Assembly (NCBI GenBank): GCA_035285545.1
Contig: JAYKGY010000123.1
Span: 1-51,307, forward strand
Reading direction: 5' to 3'
DNA from: Snowella sp.
GTDB taxonomy: Bacteria > Cyanobacteriota > Cyanobacteriia > Cyanobacteriales > Microcystaceae
DNA: 51,307 bases
Shown here: positions 28,676 to 39,523 of the stretch, piece by piece
Numbering within the stretch: position 1 is the stretch's first letter
Layout of the letters: each line of letters starts with the position of its first letter
Translations under genes and position numbers: made by a program
The notes under the pieces: model-generated
Told to the model about the DNA's origin: nothing
Databases searched by the model: none
The model's input: only the letters and a program-made list of their open reading frames with translations

Positions 28676-29377
28676 ATGCTACAACTGACCAATCTTAATG
28701 TGTATTACGGGGAAAGCCATATTTTGCGAAATGTGGATATGACCATTCCTGAAGGTGAAATGGTGTGTTTAATTGGTCGTAATGGAGTAGGAAAAACCAC
28801 GTTACTCAAAACCATTATGGGTCTGCTCAAACCCCGCACTGGCAGCATTATTTACGGCACCGAAAATATTAATAAAATCACAACGGATCAACGGGCCCGT
28901 TTAGGCATTGGCTACGTTCCCCAAGGACGAGATGTGATCCCTCGCTTGACGGTGAAAGAAAATTTACTCTTAGGGTTAGAAGCACGGCCAACAGGCAGAC
29001 CTAAAAATGTGGGTATTCCTGACGAAATTTTTGATCTGTTTCCGGTTCTGAAAACCATGCTGTCTCGGATGGGGGGGGATCTCAGTGGCGGTCAACAACA
29101 ACAATTGGCGATCGCGCGGGCCTTGATGGGTAAACCCAAACTTTTGCTGTTGGACGAACCCACCGAAGGCATTCAACCCTCGATTATTTTAGAAATCGAA
29201 GCGGCCGTTAAACGCATTATTCAAGCGACGGGAATTTCGGTTTTATTAGTCGAGCAACACCTACATTTTGTTCGTCAGGCTGATCGCTACTACGCCATGC
29301 AGAAAGGCGGCATTGTGGCTTCTGGCCCGACTCGTGAACTGAGTCAGGAAGTGATTCAACGATTTTTGGCAGTTTAG
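28676..29377 (+). CDS. urtE: Urea ABC transporter ATP-binding subunit
   Basis: GRNGVGKTT, YVPQGR, LSGGQQQQLAIARAL, DEPTEGIQPSII. Confidence 0.93.
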   Translation: MLQLTNLNVYYGESHILRNVDMTIPEGEMVCLIGRNGVGKTTLLKTIMGLLKPRTGSIIYGTENINKITTDQRARLGIGYVPQGRDVIPRLTVKENLLLGLEARPTGRPKNVGIPDEIFDLFPVLKTMLSRMGGDLSGGQQQQLAIARALMGKPKLLLLDEPTEGIQPSIILEIEAAVKRIIQATGISVLLVEQHLHFVRQADRYYAMQKGGIVASGPTRELSQEVIQRFLAV

Positions 29378-32049
29378 GACGATTTCAGCCGTCTTTTTGC
29401 CCAAACATCTTCCAATAGGCTATAAAGCACCGGCACGACAATCAAGCTTAATAGGGATGAAGTCAGCAATCCGCCGATAATAGCAACAGCCATGGGTTGG
29501 CGGAGTTCGGCCCCTGCTCCCAACCCTAACGCTAGGGGTAACATCCCTAAAATCGTTGAAGCGGTGGTCATAATAATGGGGCGCAATCTAACTGTCCCTG
29601 TTTCAATTAAGGCTTCATGACGGCTGAGTCCTCGCGATCGCAACTGGTTGGCATAATCAATCAGTAAAATGGCGTTCTTATCCAATAGCCCCAACAGGAA
29701 GATTAAGCCAATGAGGGAAATCATACCAAAATCGCTTTGGGTGAGTAGTAGTCCTAACATGGCACCCACAATACAAAGCGGCAGAGAGAGGGCAATGACT
29801 AAGGGTTCTAAAAGTCGCTTAAAGATCCCCAGAAAGATTAATAACATCCCTCCTAGCGATAACAGCAGGGTAACGCTAAATTCGGTAAAAACTTGCCCCA
29901 GTCTGGCGGAATCCCCTTGTAACTGGAGCTTAACCTCTTTTGGTAATAATGACTTCGCGATCGCTGTTGCCTGTTCGGTCATTTCTCCCAACGCATAATC
30001 AGGGGCAAGATTGGCACTCAGGTAAACGGCCCGTTCTCCTTGAAAATGTTCGATCCCATCCCCATTAGCCGTCATTCCCGTCAGTTTGACCTGGATCAAT
30101 CCAGGAAGCTTTTCGACTTGAGATTTTAAATTTTCTGCACTTTTTTCAAGAACTTGCGGATTATTAGACGTTAACGTGAGTTTTAATGGACTATCATCGC
30201 CGGTTTCGACAAATAAAATGTCTTCAACACTTGTGCTAACTTTGGGCAGTTTCGGTAAAGTTTCGCGTAATTGTGTTTGAATTTGGCTGGTACTCACGTC
30301 CCGTTCTGGCTTTAACTGCACATACATTTTTCCCTTTAACGGGTTTCCCTGAACGCCTGCAATGCTAAATACTGACTGAGTTTCGGGTCGTTCTAAAAGG
30401 GTCGGTTCTAATTTCTCTCCCACGCGACGGGTTCTTCTTAAAAAAAAGCCTTCAGGAGATTGGCTTAAGTCCGACATCCAACCAAAGGCTCCTCCTGTTT
30501 CTGTTGGGGTTGCGGTTGAACGGGGATCGGTCTGAAATTTATCGGCTAAATTAGGAACCGCCGAGGTATAAACCACATTAAATTCACCGCGATCCAATAC
30601 CGGAATAAAGCCCTGGGGGATAAAAGGAATGAGGGCTAAACCGATGATAAAACTGGCGATCGCGATTCCCATGACAGCCGCACGGTGCCCCAATGACCAC
30701 TGCAAGACACGACGATAGGTTTGGGTGAGTTTTTCTAAATACTGTTCAAGTAATGGGGTAGGAGTATCAGCATGACGTTGGGGACGTAACCAGAAAACGG
30801 CTAAAACAGGGGATAGGGTGCGGGCAACTAAGAGGGAAACAATCACAGCAGTGGCAACTGTAACCGCAAAGGGTTTAAAAAATTGCCCCAGGGTTCCCCC
30901 CATAAGCGCGATCGGTAAAAAGACCGCCACAATCGTTAAAGTGCTTGCAGAAACCGTCAACCCAATTTCTTCTGTTGCATGAATAGCCGCTTGACGGGGA
31001 GATTCCCCCTGTTCGATATGACGGCTAATATTTTCCACATCGACGATCGCGTCATCGACCACAATCCCGATTACCAACGCGAGGGCTAATAGGGTCAAGG
31101 TTTCCAAGTTAAAACCCAAAATGGCCATGACAATAAATGTGCCTAACAAAGACAAGGGAATCGCGATCGCCGCAATGAGGGTCGCACGCCAACTCCGCAA
31201 AAAGGGAAAAATCACTAAAACGGCTAGGACAATTGCCCCTAATAAGGCTTCAATCGTGGCGAGGGTGGCTTCTTGGATATAACGGGCTTGAGTTTCCGCG
31301 AGAATCAATTTAACGTCGGGGAATTGGGCTTGTAAGCGATCAATAGCTTTTTGGGCGGCTCTAACCACATCTAGGGTATTGGCTTGACCTTTTTTAATAA
31401 CTTGAACGGCGAGAACATCTTCCCCATTAAACCGAACTAAGGTCGGTGGATTGGCTTCAGGGGTTTGACGATTCGCCACTTCCCGAAAATCCGCATCCCC
31501 CAGTAAGTTAACCCTTAATACCCTAGGCAGTTTGTTCAATTCGGGAATAATTTTCTCGTTTGCTAGTTTCCTTAAGTCTTCGAGGGATTGGGTCGGAGCC
31601 GCGATCGCGTAGGTAACGGCACTGGATTCATTTAAATTAAAGGGGAAAATGTCGATATTAGCTCCCTGGGGCAATTTAACTGACTTTAAAGCACTTTCAA
31701 CGGTTTTAGTTGAGTTTTCTAAATTTAATCCCGCATCAAAGGCCACACTAACCACGGAACGCCCGGCATAGGTCGAGGAATAGAGAGTCGTTTGAGCTAA
31801 AGGAATTAATTTTTGTTCTAAAACTTGGGTTAACTGGCTTTCTGTGGCTTGAGCCGATTCTAACGGAGCAGTGGCATTAACAATAACAACAGGAAAGGTA
31901 ACTTCGGGAAAAAGGGCGTATTTTAAAGAACTAAAAGCCAATAATCCCGCAACCGCGATCGCAATCCAAAAGCTAATGGTTAGCCAGGGATGATTGATCG
32001 CCCAACGAGAAAGGTTATAACGGTTACGGATCGATTGCTGCATTTTCAT
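29374..32049 (-). CDS. RND (AcrB/AcrD/AcrF-like) permease, short form
   Basis: GIVVDDAIVDVEN, DKNAILL, RLRPIIMTT and QPMAVAIIGGL motifs, with a 12-TM pattern in 891 aa. Confidence 0.9.
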   Translation of the reverse strand: MKMQQSIRNRYNLSRWAINHPWLTISFWIAIAVAGLLAFSSLKYALFPEVTFPVVIVNATAPLESAQATESQLTQVLEQKLIPLAQTTLYSSTYAGRSVVSVAFDAGLNLENSTKTVESALKSVKLPQGANIDIFPFNLNESSAVTYAIAAPTQSLEDLRKLANEKIIPELNKLPRVLRVNLLGDADFREVANRQTPEANPPTLVRFNGEDVLAVQVIKKGQANTLDVVRAAQKAIDRLQAQFPDVKLILAETQARYIQEATLATIEALLGAIVLAVLVIFPFLRSWRATLIAAIAIPLSLLGTFIVMAILGFNLETLTLLALALVIGIVVDDAIVDVENISRHIEQGESPRQAAIHATEEIGLTVSASTLTIVAVFLPIALMGGTLGQFFKPFAVTVATAVIVSLLVARTLSPVLAVFWLRPQRHADTPTPLLEQYLEKLTQTYRRVLQWSLGHRAAVMGIAIASFIIGLALIPFIPQGFIPVLDRGEFNVVYTSAVPNLADKFQTDPRSTATPTETGGAFGWMSDLSQSPEGFFLRRTRRVGEKLEPTLLERPETQSVFSIAGVQGNPLKGKMYVQLKPERDVSTSQIQTQLRETLPKLPKVSTSVEDILFVETGDDSPLKLTLTSNNPQVLEKSAENLKSQVEKLPGLIQVKLTGMTANGDGIEHFQGERAVYLSANLAPDYALGEMTEQATAIAKSLLPKEVKLQLQGDSARLGQVFTEFSVTLLLSLGGMLLIFLGIFKRLLEPLVIALSLPLCIVGAMLGLLLTQSDFGMISLIGLIFLLGLLDKNAILLIDYANQLRSRGLSRHEALIETGTVRLRPIIMTTASTILGMLPLALGLGAGAELRQPMAVAIIGGLLTSSLLSLIVVPVLYSLLEDVWAKRRLKSS

Positions 32050-32055
32050 TCGTAA

Positions 32056-32409
32056 CTATTCATATAAAACCTTTTCAAAACAGCTTTCACCGACATTGGC
32101 TAATTTACGAGCAGCCACTTTATCGGTCTTCGATTTTTGAACAACGGCATTAAATTGCTGGAGATTATATTGATTTTTAAATTGACCTATTGTGCAATTA
32201 CACACATCCTTGGCGATATCGGCTTTTAAGCCCTGTTTCTGGACTCGTGCCACACAATCCTGTTGGTATTGATCAAAGGAAGTGACTTTTGCAGTCGGCG
32301 TAACCGTCGGAGATTTGCTGGGCTTTTGGGCAGCTAGAGCAAGAGAGGGAGACAGAACAGCAGTCAGACTAATAATTATACCCAAAGAAGATAAAAACGT
32401 GCTTTTCAT
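32056..32409 (-). CDS. Small secreted Cys-containing hypothetical protein
   Basis: Likely ATG at 32409, signal peptide ending ALA, C...CNC...C pattern. Directly upstream of the RND gene. Confidence 0.7.
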   Translation of the reverse strand: MKSTFLSSLGIIISLTAVLSPSLALAAQKPSKSPTVTPTAKVTSFDQYQQDCVARVQKQGLKADIAKDVCNCTIGQFKNQYNLQQFNAVVQKSKTDKVAARKLANVGESCFEKVLYE

Positions 32410-32574
32410 ACAAATTTTGCTAAAAATATTGACACTCAGACATGACAAAAGGAACGGATTTTTCCATCTTAATCTAGCTTTTCCTAAGTAATTGTACTGT
32501 CTCCTGGCCAGTTGATTCGCTGACACAGTGAAAGTCTGGAAAGCGATCCAGCCAGATCAATTCTTCCTTCGTTA

Positions 32575-33948
32575 TTAAGCACTGATGGGGCACGGTTTAA
32601 ACTTCGCTAACTGAATGGGTTTATTGCGCTGACTCGCTGGACGATGGGGATAAAGTTTGGGCGGTAAAATTTTTCGATGGCTGAAATAGTTCGTTTTATA
32701 AAGCATTTTTCTCATGCGATCGGGTTGGGGGAGATCGATTTTTCCGAAGTGTCCATTTTCGACTTCTGCAATCTCAATATCCAGGGTAAAGGCCGCATTA
32801 TTCTCTAAATCAATTAATTCCACCACATAGGTTTTCGTCTGCATTTTGAGGGATACTAAGGCAGAATCTGTTTTATTTGTGTCAAGTTCCCCTTCTGCAA
32901 TTTCTTCAAGTTCTCTGTTGTTATGGGTATCAATAACCGCGATCGCGTCCTTCTCGGCCATTGGCTCTGAGGCTTTTTCAAGAACGGGTTCTGCCATTGG
33001 TTGCGGATGAAAGGCTTCTAAAACGGGAATGGTTTCCAGGGTTTCCCTGGGCAAAACGTCGGGATCGGACTGGGCAATGGCGATCTCGCTTGGGGGAGGA
33101 ATTAAACGCTGCACCAATTCCGTTAAATTCTGTTCTAGAGCTTCTAGGCTGGAACTATTTTCTGGCAAGGGTTCCCAATGTTCGAGGGGTAGATCCCGTT
33201 TGGCAAATATTTCTAAGCTAATTTCATCTTCTTCAAAGCCAGGTAATTCTAAGCCTGTTTTTTCTAAAAATGTGCCGTTTTCTGCGTTTTGTTGTAACAA
33301 AAGCTCGAAATCAATTTCAGGTTCACTGCTTCCGTCTTCCGAATCCGTGAAATTAAGGCTTTCTTCCTTTAAATCTTCCTGAAAAATAGGCTCAGTTTCC
33401 TCTGTCTCCTCTCTCAATGTCGGAATTTCTGCCACTGGCTCACTCGGTTCTATTTTTTCTAAGTCTAAAACCTCCGAAAATTGGCTTTTTTCTAAGTTAA
33501 CCGACTGAATTTCAATCTCCGGTGCAGGATCAAGGGCAACAGTGGGGATCATTACCGTTTCTGGCTGCTCTGCTGGCGTTGGATACGCGATCGCCCCCGT
33601 AACAGTTGATTTTGCGGCTACTTCAACCGTCAGGGTTTGTTTCCAATTCGCTCCACACAATTGCTCCATCATATTGGGACGACAATAAATCTGCCAACGT
33701 CCCACCGTTAAAGAGAACCAGGGAAAAATCATCAATGCCCCTTCCGCATCCGTCAAGCGCGAATACCGTTTTTTCTGGGGAATTTTCTCCGAACCGCTAT
33801 AGTAGGCAATCCCAATATCAATTTCTGCATGGGGTTTCCCTGTCTGCGCCATCAAACGATATTTTCCTTCCGTCACAGGAGCGCGATCGCTCAAAGAAAT
33901 CCAAGTTTGCTCACCGTCTGCTTGAATGAGAAAGTCCCAAGTATTCAT
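32575..33948 (-). CDS. Hypothetical protein with acidic low-complexity centre
   Basis: Long ORF with likely ATG at 33948. N-terminal beta-rich domain (WDFLIQ..G), Glu/Pro-rich middle. Confidence 0.7.
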   Translation of the reverse strand: MNTWDFLIQADGEQTWISLSDRAPVTEGKYRLMAQTGKPHAEIDIGIAYYSGSEKIPQKKRYSRLTDAEGALMIFPWFSLTVGRWQIYCRPNMMEQLCGANWKQTLTVEVAAKSTVTGAIAYPTPAEQPETVMIPTVALDPAPEIEIQSVNLEKSQFSEVLDLEKIEPSEPVAEIPTLREETEETEPIFQEDLKEESLNFTDSEDGSSEPEIDFELLLQQNAENGTFLEKTGLELPGFEEDEISLEIFAKRDLPLEHWEPLPENSSSLEALEQNLTELVQRLIPPPSEIAIAQSDPDVLPRETLETIPVLEAFHPQPMAEPVLEKASEPMAEKDAIAVIDTHNNRELEEIAEGELDTNKTDSALVSLKMQTKTYVVELIDLENNAAFTLDIEIAEVENGHFGKIDLPQPDRMRKMLYKTNYFSHRKILPPKLYPHRPASQRNKPIQLAKFKPCPISA

Positions 33949-34121
33949 GTGTTTTGAGGAAGCGATAGGGGAAGTAAGAGATAGGCTATCCTTTCCTGTT
34001 TTCAAGTAACAAGTCTTTAATAGTTAAAAAAGATAAGTAAGTTTATTTACTCATCTTTAAATTAAAAGCCAAGAAATTATTAAATTACTTGAAGGGATTG
34101 GGGCCGAAAATGCCTAGTCAA

Positions 34122-35402
34122 TCAAGGTTTATGTCGCTCGATTTGTTCCCGAAGTTCCCCTAATTGAGAAAATAATTCACCGACGGAAAGGGTAGCTTGT
34201 TCTTTGTTATTCATCCATTTTAATTGCACGGTTTCTGCTTCTGCCTCCGCATCTCCTAAGACTAAACAGGCGATCGCGCCGCTACGGTCTGCCCGTTTAA
34301 ATTGTTTCCCAAAAGCACTACCACTGAGATCTAATTCAACACTAAAGCCTGCTTGACGAAGTTTCTGAGCCAAAATCAAGCCTTGGGGTTCTGCCTTGTC
34401 TCCTTTTGAAACCAAGTAAAAATCGGGTGTTATAGAGGGTGAGGATTGTAACTGTTGTAAGAGCAAAATCAATCGTTCCATCCCAATCGCCCAACCCACC
34501 GCAGGGGTTTCAGGGCCACCGAGTTGACTCACTAGCCCATCGTAACGACCGCCGCCACACACAGTCGCCTGGGCCCCCAGATCATCGGATTGAATTTCAA
34601 ATGCTGTATGGGTGTAATAATCCAGACCTCGAACCAAGCGGGAATTCAGTTGATAATCAATCCCTAAATTCGTTAATAACTGCTGTACTTGGTCAAAATG
34701 ACGACGAGAGGTTTCGCTTAAATAATCCAAAATACTCGGTGCATTCTGGGTAATTTTCTGCGTTTTTTTATCCTTACTATCTAAAATTCGCAATGGGTTA
34801 CGAGTGAGGCGGTCTTGGGAATCGGCATCTAAGTCGGCTTGATAGGGCGTTAAGTAATGAATCAACGCTTCTCGATAATTTTGGCGGTCTTCTCCATTAC
34901 CCACAGAATTTAAGCTTAACTGTAGGTTTTTTAGCCCTAATTCTTTCAAAATATCGGCTGCTAGGGCGATCACTTCTACATCGGCGCGGGGATCATCACT
35001 CCCTAAGACTTCCACCCCAATTTGGTGAAACTGCCGTTGACGACCTGCCTGGGGACGTTCGTAGCGAAACATGGGGCCTTTATACCAAAGCCGTTGCACT
35101 CCCCCACTGGCATGGAGATTGTGTTCAATAAAGGCCCGGACTACCCCTGCGGTTCCTTCGGGCCGAAGAGTTAAAGATCGATCGCCGCGATCGCTGAAGG
35201 TGTACATTTCCTTGCCGACCACATCGGTAGCTTCCCCAATCCCCCGTTTAAATAGGGCCGTGTCTTCAAAAATGGGTGAGCGAACTTCCTGATACAAGGC
35301 ACGATGCAAAATAATACTCGCTACAGATTCGACCTGTTGCCAATACCCCATTTCACTGGGTAAAATATCGCGGGTTCCTCGGATCGCGTGAATTGCCCCC
35401 AT
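34122..35402 (-). CDS. hisS: Histidine--tRNA ligase
   Basis: [45 protein letters not shown]. Confidence 0.98.
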   Translation of the reverse strand: MGAIHAIRGTRDILPSEMGYWQQVESVASIILHRALYQEVRSPIFEDTALFKRGIGEATDVVGKEMYTFSDRGDRSLTLRPEGTAGVVRAFIEHNLHASGGVQRLWYKGPMFRYERPQAGRQRQFHQIGVEVLGSDDPRADVEVIALAADILKELGLKNLQLSLNSVGNGEDRQNYREALIHYLTPYQADLDADSQDRLTRNPLRILDSKDKKTQKITQNAPSILDYLSETSRRHFDQVQQLLTNLGIDYQLNSRLVRGLDYYTHTAFEIQSDDLGAQATVCGGGRYDGLVSQLGGPETPAVGWAIGMERLILLLQQLQSSPSITPDFYLVSKGDKAEPQGLILAQKLRQAGFSVELDLSGSAFGKQFKRADRSGAIACLVLGDAEAEAETVQLKWMNNKEQATLSVGELFSQLGELREQIERHKP

Positions 35403-35603
35403 TAGATTTTCAAACCTATTGTTACTAATTGTTAACCTTATTTACCATAACGGATTCGGGCCGCGATCGTCACTTCTCAAGAAGGTTGCCCTCAGCGGTC
35501 GGTGTTAATCATCAGGGGGTTCAAAATTCGCTCAATCTATGGACGAGGGTTTCCAATCCGGCGGAAATAGGCTTATGGATTTAATTGCTGACTTCTAGAA
35601 AAA

Positions 35604-36425
35604 CTAATAGCTATAGGGATCGGCGGGAGTCGGAATGGTTTTGACAGATTCTGCCACTAACACCAATTGACGCTTGAACGATTCTGTCCCTTTGAAATTT
35701 TGGGTATTGGCATTGAGGGTGTCGGTTTCCATGATGCCCTGTACCTCTAGCCAGGTATCCTGGGGATATTGAGCGCGACTCCCTTCGAGTCTGACGGGCA
35801 AGGCAACGGGATAAACATCGACAGCACAGCAGGTTAAAACAAAGCGGGTTAATAGAATATAGTTATCGGGTAAATTTTCGGGATGAACCACAAAACCGGT
35901 GATTTTTGCTTTTTGTCCCGCATAGGCATCCGGTTCAGGATAGGCATTCAGAATTCTGATCCAATCCATCAGCGATCGCTCTTCGGGCTTAATATTGCCT
36001 TGAAAACTTTGGGTTTGCAATTGGGTTGCAGGTAAGGTATTACTTACCCCCCGTTGAAGGGCGACGTTGCTACTAAAAACCGTTGGCGCGATCGCAAATC
36101 CTAAAATGGCCGTAACTAACAATAAAATACTGCCAACCCCAGTCGGCAAGAGCGTAATATGGGAGACCGTATCTTGAATCTCCGCTTCCCGTTGACGACG
36201 AGCAAACCGACGACTCCATTGCCAAGCCCTGACTAGGGATAAAACCACCAGCACAACGCCGGTAAAAGAGACTAAGCCAAAATAATTGGGATGGATCAAA
36301 AGCCGTAATTCACCCGTAAAGCTGTATTTTAATAGCAATAAACCCCAGGCTAAAATTCCCAAAATATCCAGACAGGGAAAAATGAATTGAGTGGCTAATC
36401 GTTTAGATTTTAAAGCAGCATTCAT
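35604..36425 (-). CDS. TIGR03943/DUF1980-type putative permease subunit
   Basis: LIHP in the TM region, ITGFV, LTRFVLTCCAVD, PADPYSY end. Paired with the upstream permease. Confidence 0.82.
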   Translation of the reverse strand: MNAALKSKRLATQFIFPCLDILGILAWGLLLLKYSFTGELRLLIHPNYFGLVSFTGVVLVVLSLVRAWQWSRRFARRQREAEIQDTVSHITLLPTGVGSILLLVTAILGFAIAPTVFSSNVALQRGVSNTLPATQLQTQSFQGNIKPEERSLMDWIRILNAYPEPDAYAGQKAKITGFVVHPENLPDNYILLTRFVLTCCAVDVYPVALPVRLEGSRAQYPQDTWLEVQGIMETDTLNANTQNFKGTESFKRQLVLVAESVKTIPTPADPYSY

Positions 36426-36460
36426 AACGCTTTGTTTGATAAAATAAGGGTTTTAAAGAT

Positions 36461-37471
36461 TTAAAAAAAGTAACTATGAATGAGCGACAGGGTAAAGGTT
36501 AATTGTGCCGCTAAAATTAACAAATACATCATATATCGGGGTTTAAAAATCGAAAGCATCAGCCCAATACTCTTGAGGTCGATCATCGGGCCAAAGACAA
36601 GAAAGGCCAGAATCGAGCTACTGGTAAAGGCGGAAGCAAAGGAAAGGGCAAAAAAGGAATCAACGGTCGAGCAGACGGAAACGACGGCAGCTAAGATCAT
36701 CATCGCCACAATCGAGCTAATGGTTCCCTGTCCCAAAGAAAGGATGATTTCACGGGGGACAAAGGTTTGAATGGAGGCGGCGATCGCGCTACCGATGACG
36801 AGCATTCCCCCTAACTCCCGTAGTTCCTGTAAAACATTCTCAAAAAATAACTGCGATCGCTGAGGACGCAGAGGAGAGGGGAGGGTGACGCTACTCGCCA
36901 AGGTTTCTAGGGCAATCGGTTGACCCGGTTTGTCTAACCAGAAAGTTCCCGATTGCAACAAAGCAGGAGTATCGGTGGATAATTCCGGTTTGGAAGAACG
37001 AGCCAGCGATCGATTTAACTGTTTGACAAGTAAGGGCTGCAACAACGGACGAGAATCGGGTTGAAAGCTAAAGATACAGCTAATGCTAATCGCAATAATT
37101 AGGGAAAAAATCACCCGAAAAATCACAATTTCTGGCTGATCTCGAAAAGCAACCCAGGTTGACCAAACCACAATCGGATTAATCGTCGGAGCCGCTAAGA
37201 GAAAGCCAATGGCGACCGAGGTGGGCAATCCTTGGGTCAAAAAACGTCTGGCAACGGGCACATTTCCGCATTCACAAACAGGAAACAAAAATCCCACGAT
37301 ACTTCCCATGATGGAGCCTAAAATGGGATGGCGAGGTAAGGCAGCAATTAGTTTCTTTTCATCACTGAAAATCAGAATCGCACTGGATAATAACACACCG
37401 ATAGTTAAAAAAGGAATCGCTTCTACCAATAAACTTAAAAAAATCGTAAAAGCTTGGTGTAATTGATTCAT
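36461..37471 (-). CDS. DUF318-type permease
   Basis: EAIPFL, FPVCECGNVP, FLLAAPTINP, SVCSTVD, FLVFGPMIDLK. Confidence 0.85.
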   Translation of the reverse strand: MNQLHQAFTIFLSLLVEAIPFLTIGVLLSSAILIFSDEKKLIAALPRHPILGSIMGSIVGFLFPVCECGNVPVARRFLTQGLPTSVAIGFLLAAPTINPIVVWSTWVAFRDQPEIVIFRVIFSLIIAISISCIFSFQPDSRPLLQPLLVKQLNRSLARSSKPELSTDTPALLQSGTFWLDKPGQPIALETLASSVTLPSPLRPQRSQLFFENVLQELRELGGMLVIGSAIAASIQTFVPREIILSLGQGTISSIVAMMILAAVVSVCSTVDSFFALSFASAFTSSSILAFLVFGPMIDLKSIGLMLSIFKPRYMMYLLILAAQLTFTLSLIHSYFF

Positions 37472-37555
37472 TAGGAATAATGTGTGAAGAGAAAGAGAAA
37501 TTGGGCAGGAATAATCAGTAAATACTTTGATAGCTCGTTAATAATAACGCCTATT

Positions 37556-37975
37556 TTATTTTTTAGGTTGAGTCGCTTCCTTGGGAGCTTTTCCTGTCTT
37601 AACCTGCTGTTTAATGGCTTCTAATAGGCTCTTTAATTGGGTTTCTTGAGGATAGAGTTGTACTAATTTCTCCAGGGGCGGAACGGCACCAGGGAGATCC
37701 CCCATTTTTAAACGAACCTCTGCCAGTCCTTGTAATGCCGTCGGATTATTGGGTTCTCGCTCCAACACTTTTTGATAGCCAGCGGCAATTTTCTGTAACT
37801 CTTCTGTGGGATTGGTACTAGAAGAAGCAGCTTGAGTCTGGGGTGCCGGTTGTTGAAGCATCTCAAACATGGGCAAAACCATCATCCCCAAAAAGGCTAT
37901 GCCAGAGCCGATGATAAAAACCTTTTGAATCGTAGACTTCGTGCTATTTTCTGACATATCTTTCCCATGATTCAA
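37556..37975 (-). CDS. Membrane-anchored TPR protein
   Basis: N-terminal TM helix, YQKVLEREPNNPTAL TPR. Alternative ATG at 37957. Confidence 0.8.
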   Translation of the reverse strand: MNHGKDMSENSTKSTIQKVFIIGSGIAFLGMMVLPMFEMLQQPAPQTQAASSSTNPTEELQKIAAGYQKVLEREPNNPTALQGLAEVRLKMGDLPGAVPPLEKLVQLYPQETQLKSLLEAIKQQVKTGKAPKEATQPKK

Positions 37976-38017
37976 CGATAACCAACACTACTTTATCAGC
38001 AGTTTAGCTAAGTTGGC

Positions 38018-38542
38018 TTATAATTGGAAAAACTTTAAAAGACTGGGATCAAAGAGAGTAAGATAAGCAACCGCTCCACTGCCAAAACCCAACGTCCCCA
38101 GTAACATTAGCATCAAAACCGTTTTATTTTGAGTCAAACCGAGATAGCGGAGTTCTAATCGCCCTAAAATAGCAGCACAGAGTAAAACGACAAAATGAAT
38201 CGAGATATTGAACCAGCGCAGCATACAGACAAAAATAAACGTCCAAATAACCATGGCCACAACCGATTGGCCGTCGGAGCGAATGCAGGTTCCGATAAAA
38301 AAGGTCATTAAGTTTAAAGGTGCCGTTAACGCAACAGCAGTGACTGCAATCATCAAAATAGCCATCCCATGAATGGCAAGCAACACCACTTCGTCCTGAA
38401 GGAGAATGCCCCAACTATGAATTTGTAAGGCTAAGATATGGCTCCAGTGAACGCTTAAAGCCGCAATATGCCAGCCAAAAACCCCATAGGTGATCAGCAC
38501 TATGCTTAGGGATACCCAAGGAAACGTTTTTAGCCAGATCAT
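38018..38542 (-). CDS. Hypothetical membrane protein
   Basis: Multi-TM ORF with likely ATG at 38542 (PWVSLSIVLITYGVFGW). Confidence 0.7.
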   Translation of the reverse strand: MIWLKTFPWVSLSIVLITYGVFGWHIAALSVHWSHILALQIHSWGILLQDEVVLLAIHGMAILMIAVTAVALTAPLNLMTFFIGTCIRSDGQSVVAMVIWTFIFVCMLRWFNISIHFVVLLCAAILGRLELRYLGLTQNKTVLMLMLLGTLGFGSGAVAYLTLFDPSLLKFFQL

Positions 38543-38681
38543 TAAACAATCGGGAATATTTCGGTATTTAAGTTGCTTGAAAGGCGTTAGGAAAGACAAA
38601 GAACCAGAAATTAAACGCTAGGGTATATTCAATTCCTTATTCTCCGTCTTCCTAAAAATGGCTCAATTCAGTGGGATATCC

Positions 38682-39167
38682 TTAAGACATCGCCTGAATA
38701 ATATAGTCAAAATAAGGAGCTGCTTCTTGAGCATCCTCACTACTGAGTTGGCCTAACGCTGCTTCTTTTAAGAAACTAATCGCTTCCACCATCCCAGGCA
38801 CAGGGACATCGAGGGAGTTATACATTTCTTTAACGCCAATTAAACCAATTTTCTCAATGGGTTCAATATTCCCCGCTAAGACACCATAGGTAATTAGGCG
38901 TAAATACCAGCCGTAGTCTCGCAAGCATTGGTTGTACTGACGTTGACCATAGGCATTGCCCCCTGGGGCACGATAATCAGGACGTTTTTTAAATAATTGT
39001 TTTTGAGCCTGATCAACAATTTTCTTTTCTTGTTCTGCCAAAGTTTCAGCGATACGAATACGCTGTTGGCCGGTTTTTAAAAATTCTTCAATGCCACGAA
39101 GTTCCCCACTACTCGGATAGCGGAGTTCATCATCGGCTTTGAGGATAACTTGGCTAACTACACTCAT
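38682..39167 (-). CDS. apcD: Allophycocyanin alpha-B subunit
   Basis: [46 protein letters not shown], 161 aa. Confidence 0.97.
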   Translation of the reverse strand: MSVVSQVILKADDELRYPSSGELRGIEEFLKTGQQRIRIAETLAEQEKKIVDQAQKQLFKKRPDYRAPGGNAYGQRQYNQCLRDYGWYLRLITYGVLAGNIEPIEKIGLIGVKEMYNSLDVPVPGMVEAISFLKEAALGQLSSEDAQEAAPYFDYIIQAMS

Positions 39168-39523
39168 AGTATCAACATAAATCTCATATCATAAATGTAG
39201 TGTATCTTGAGTTGCGTTCTAAGGAGGCCGAAATCTGAGAACAAACTTGGTGGCTGCACTCAAAAATGCCTACAACCTAGTATGCAAAGGATTTAACGCC
39301 TTCTTTACAAAACGAAATATATTGTAAAAAAATGTAATTTTAAGTTGATTTCCCTAGTTTTAATCGGGGCTTAACTTGACTTTAAATTCAGTGAAAATCG
39401 TTTGAACTTATTCCGAATCAGGGCAATAAAAAAGTATTTATCCTAATCTTTACCAAAAAAGCTTGGGACAAATACCTTCAATCTTTAATCGAAATAGGGT
39501 TGATTCTTGAGCGCGATCGCGGT

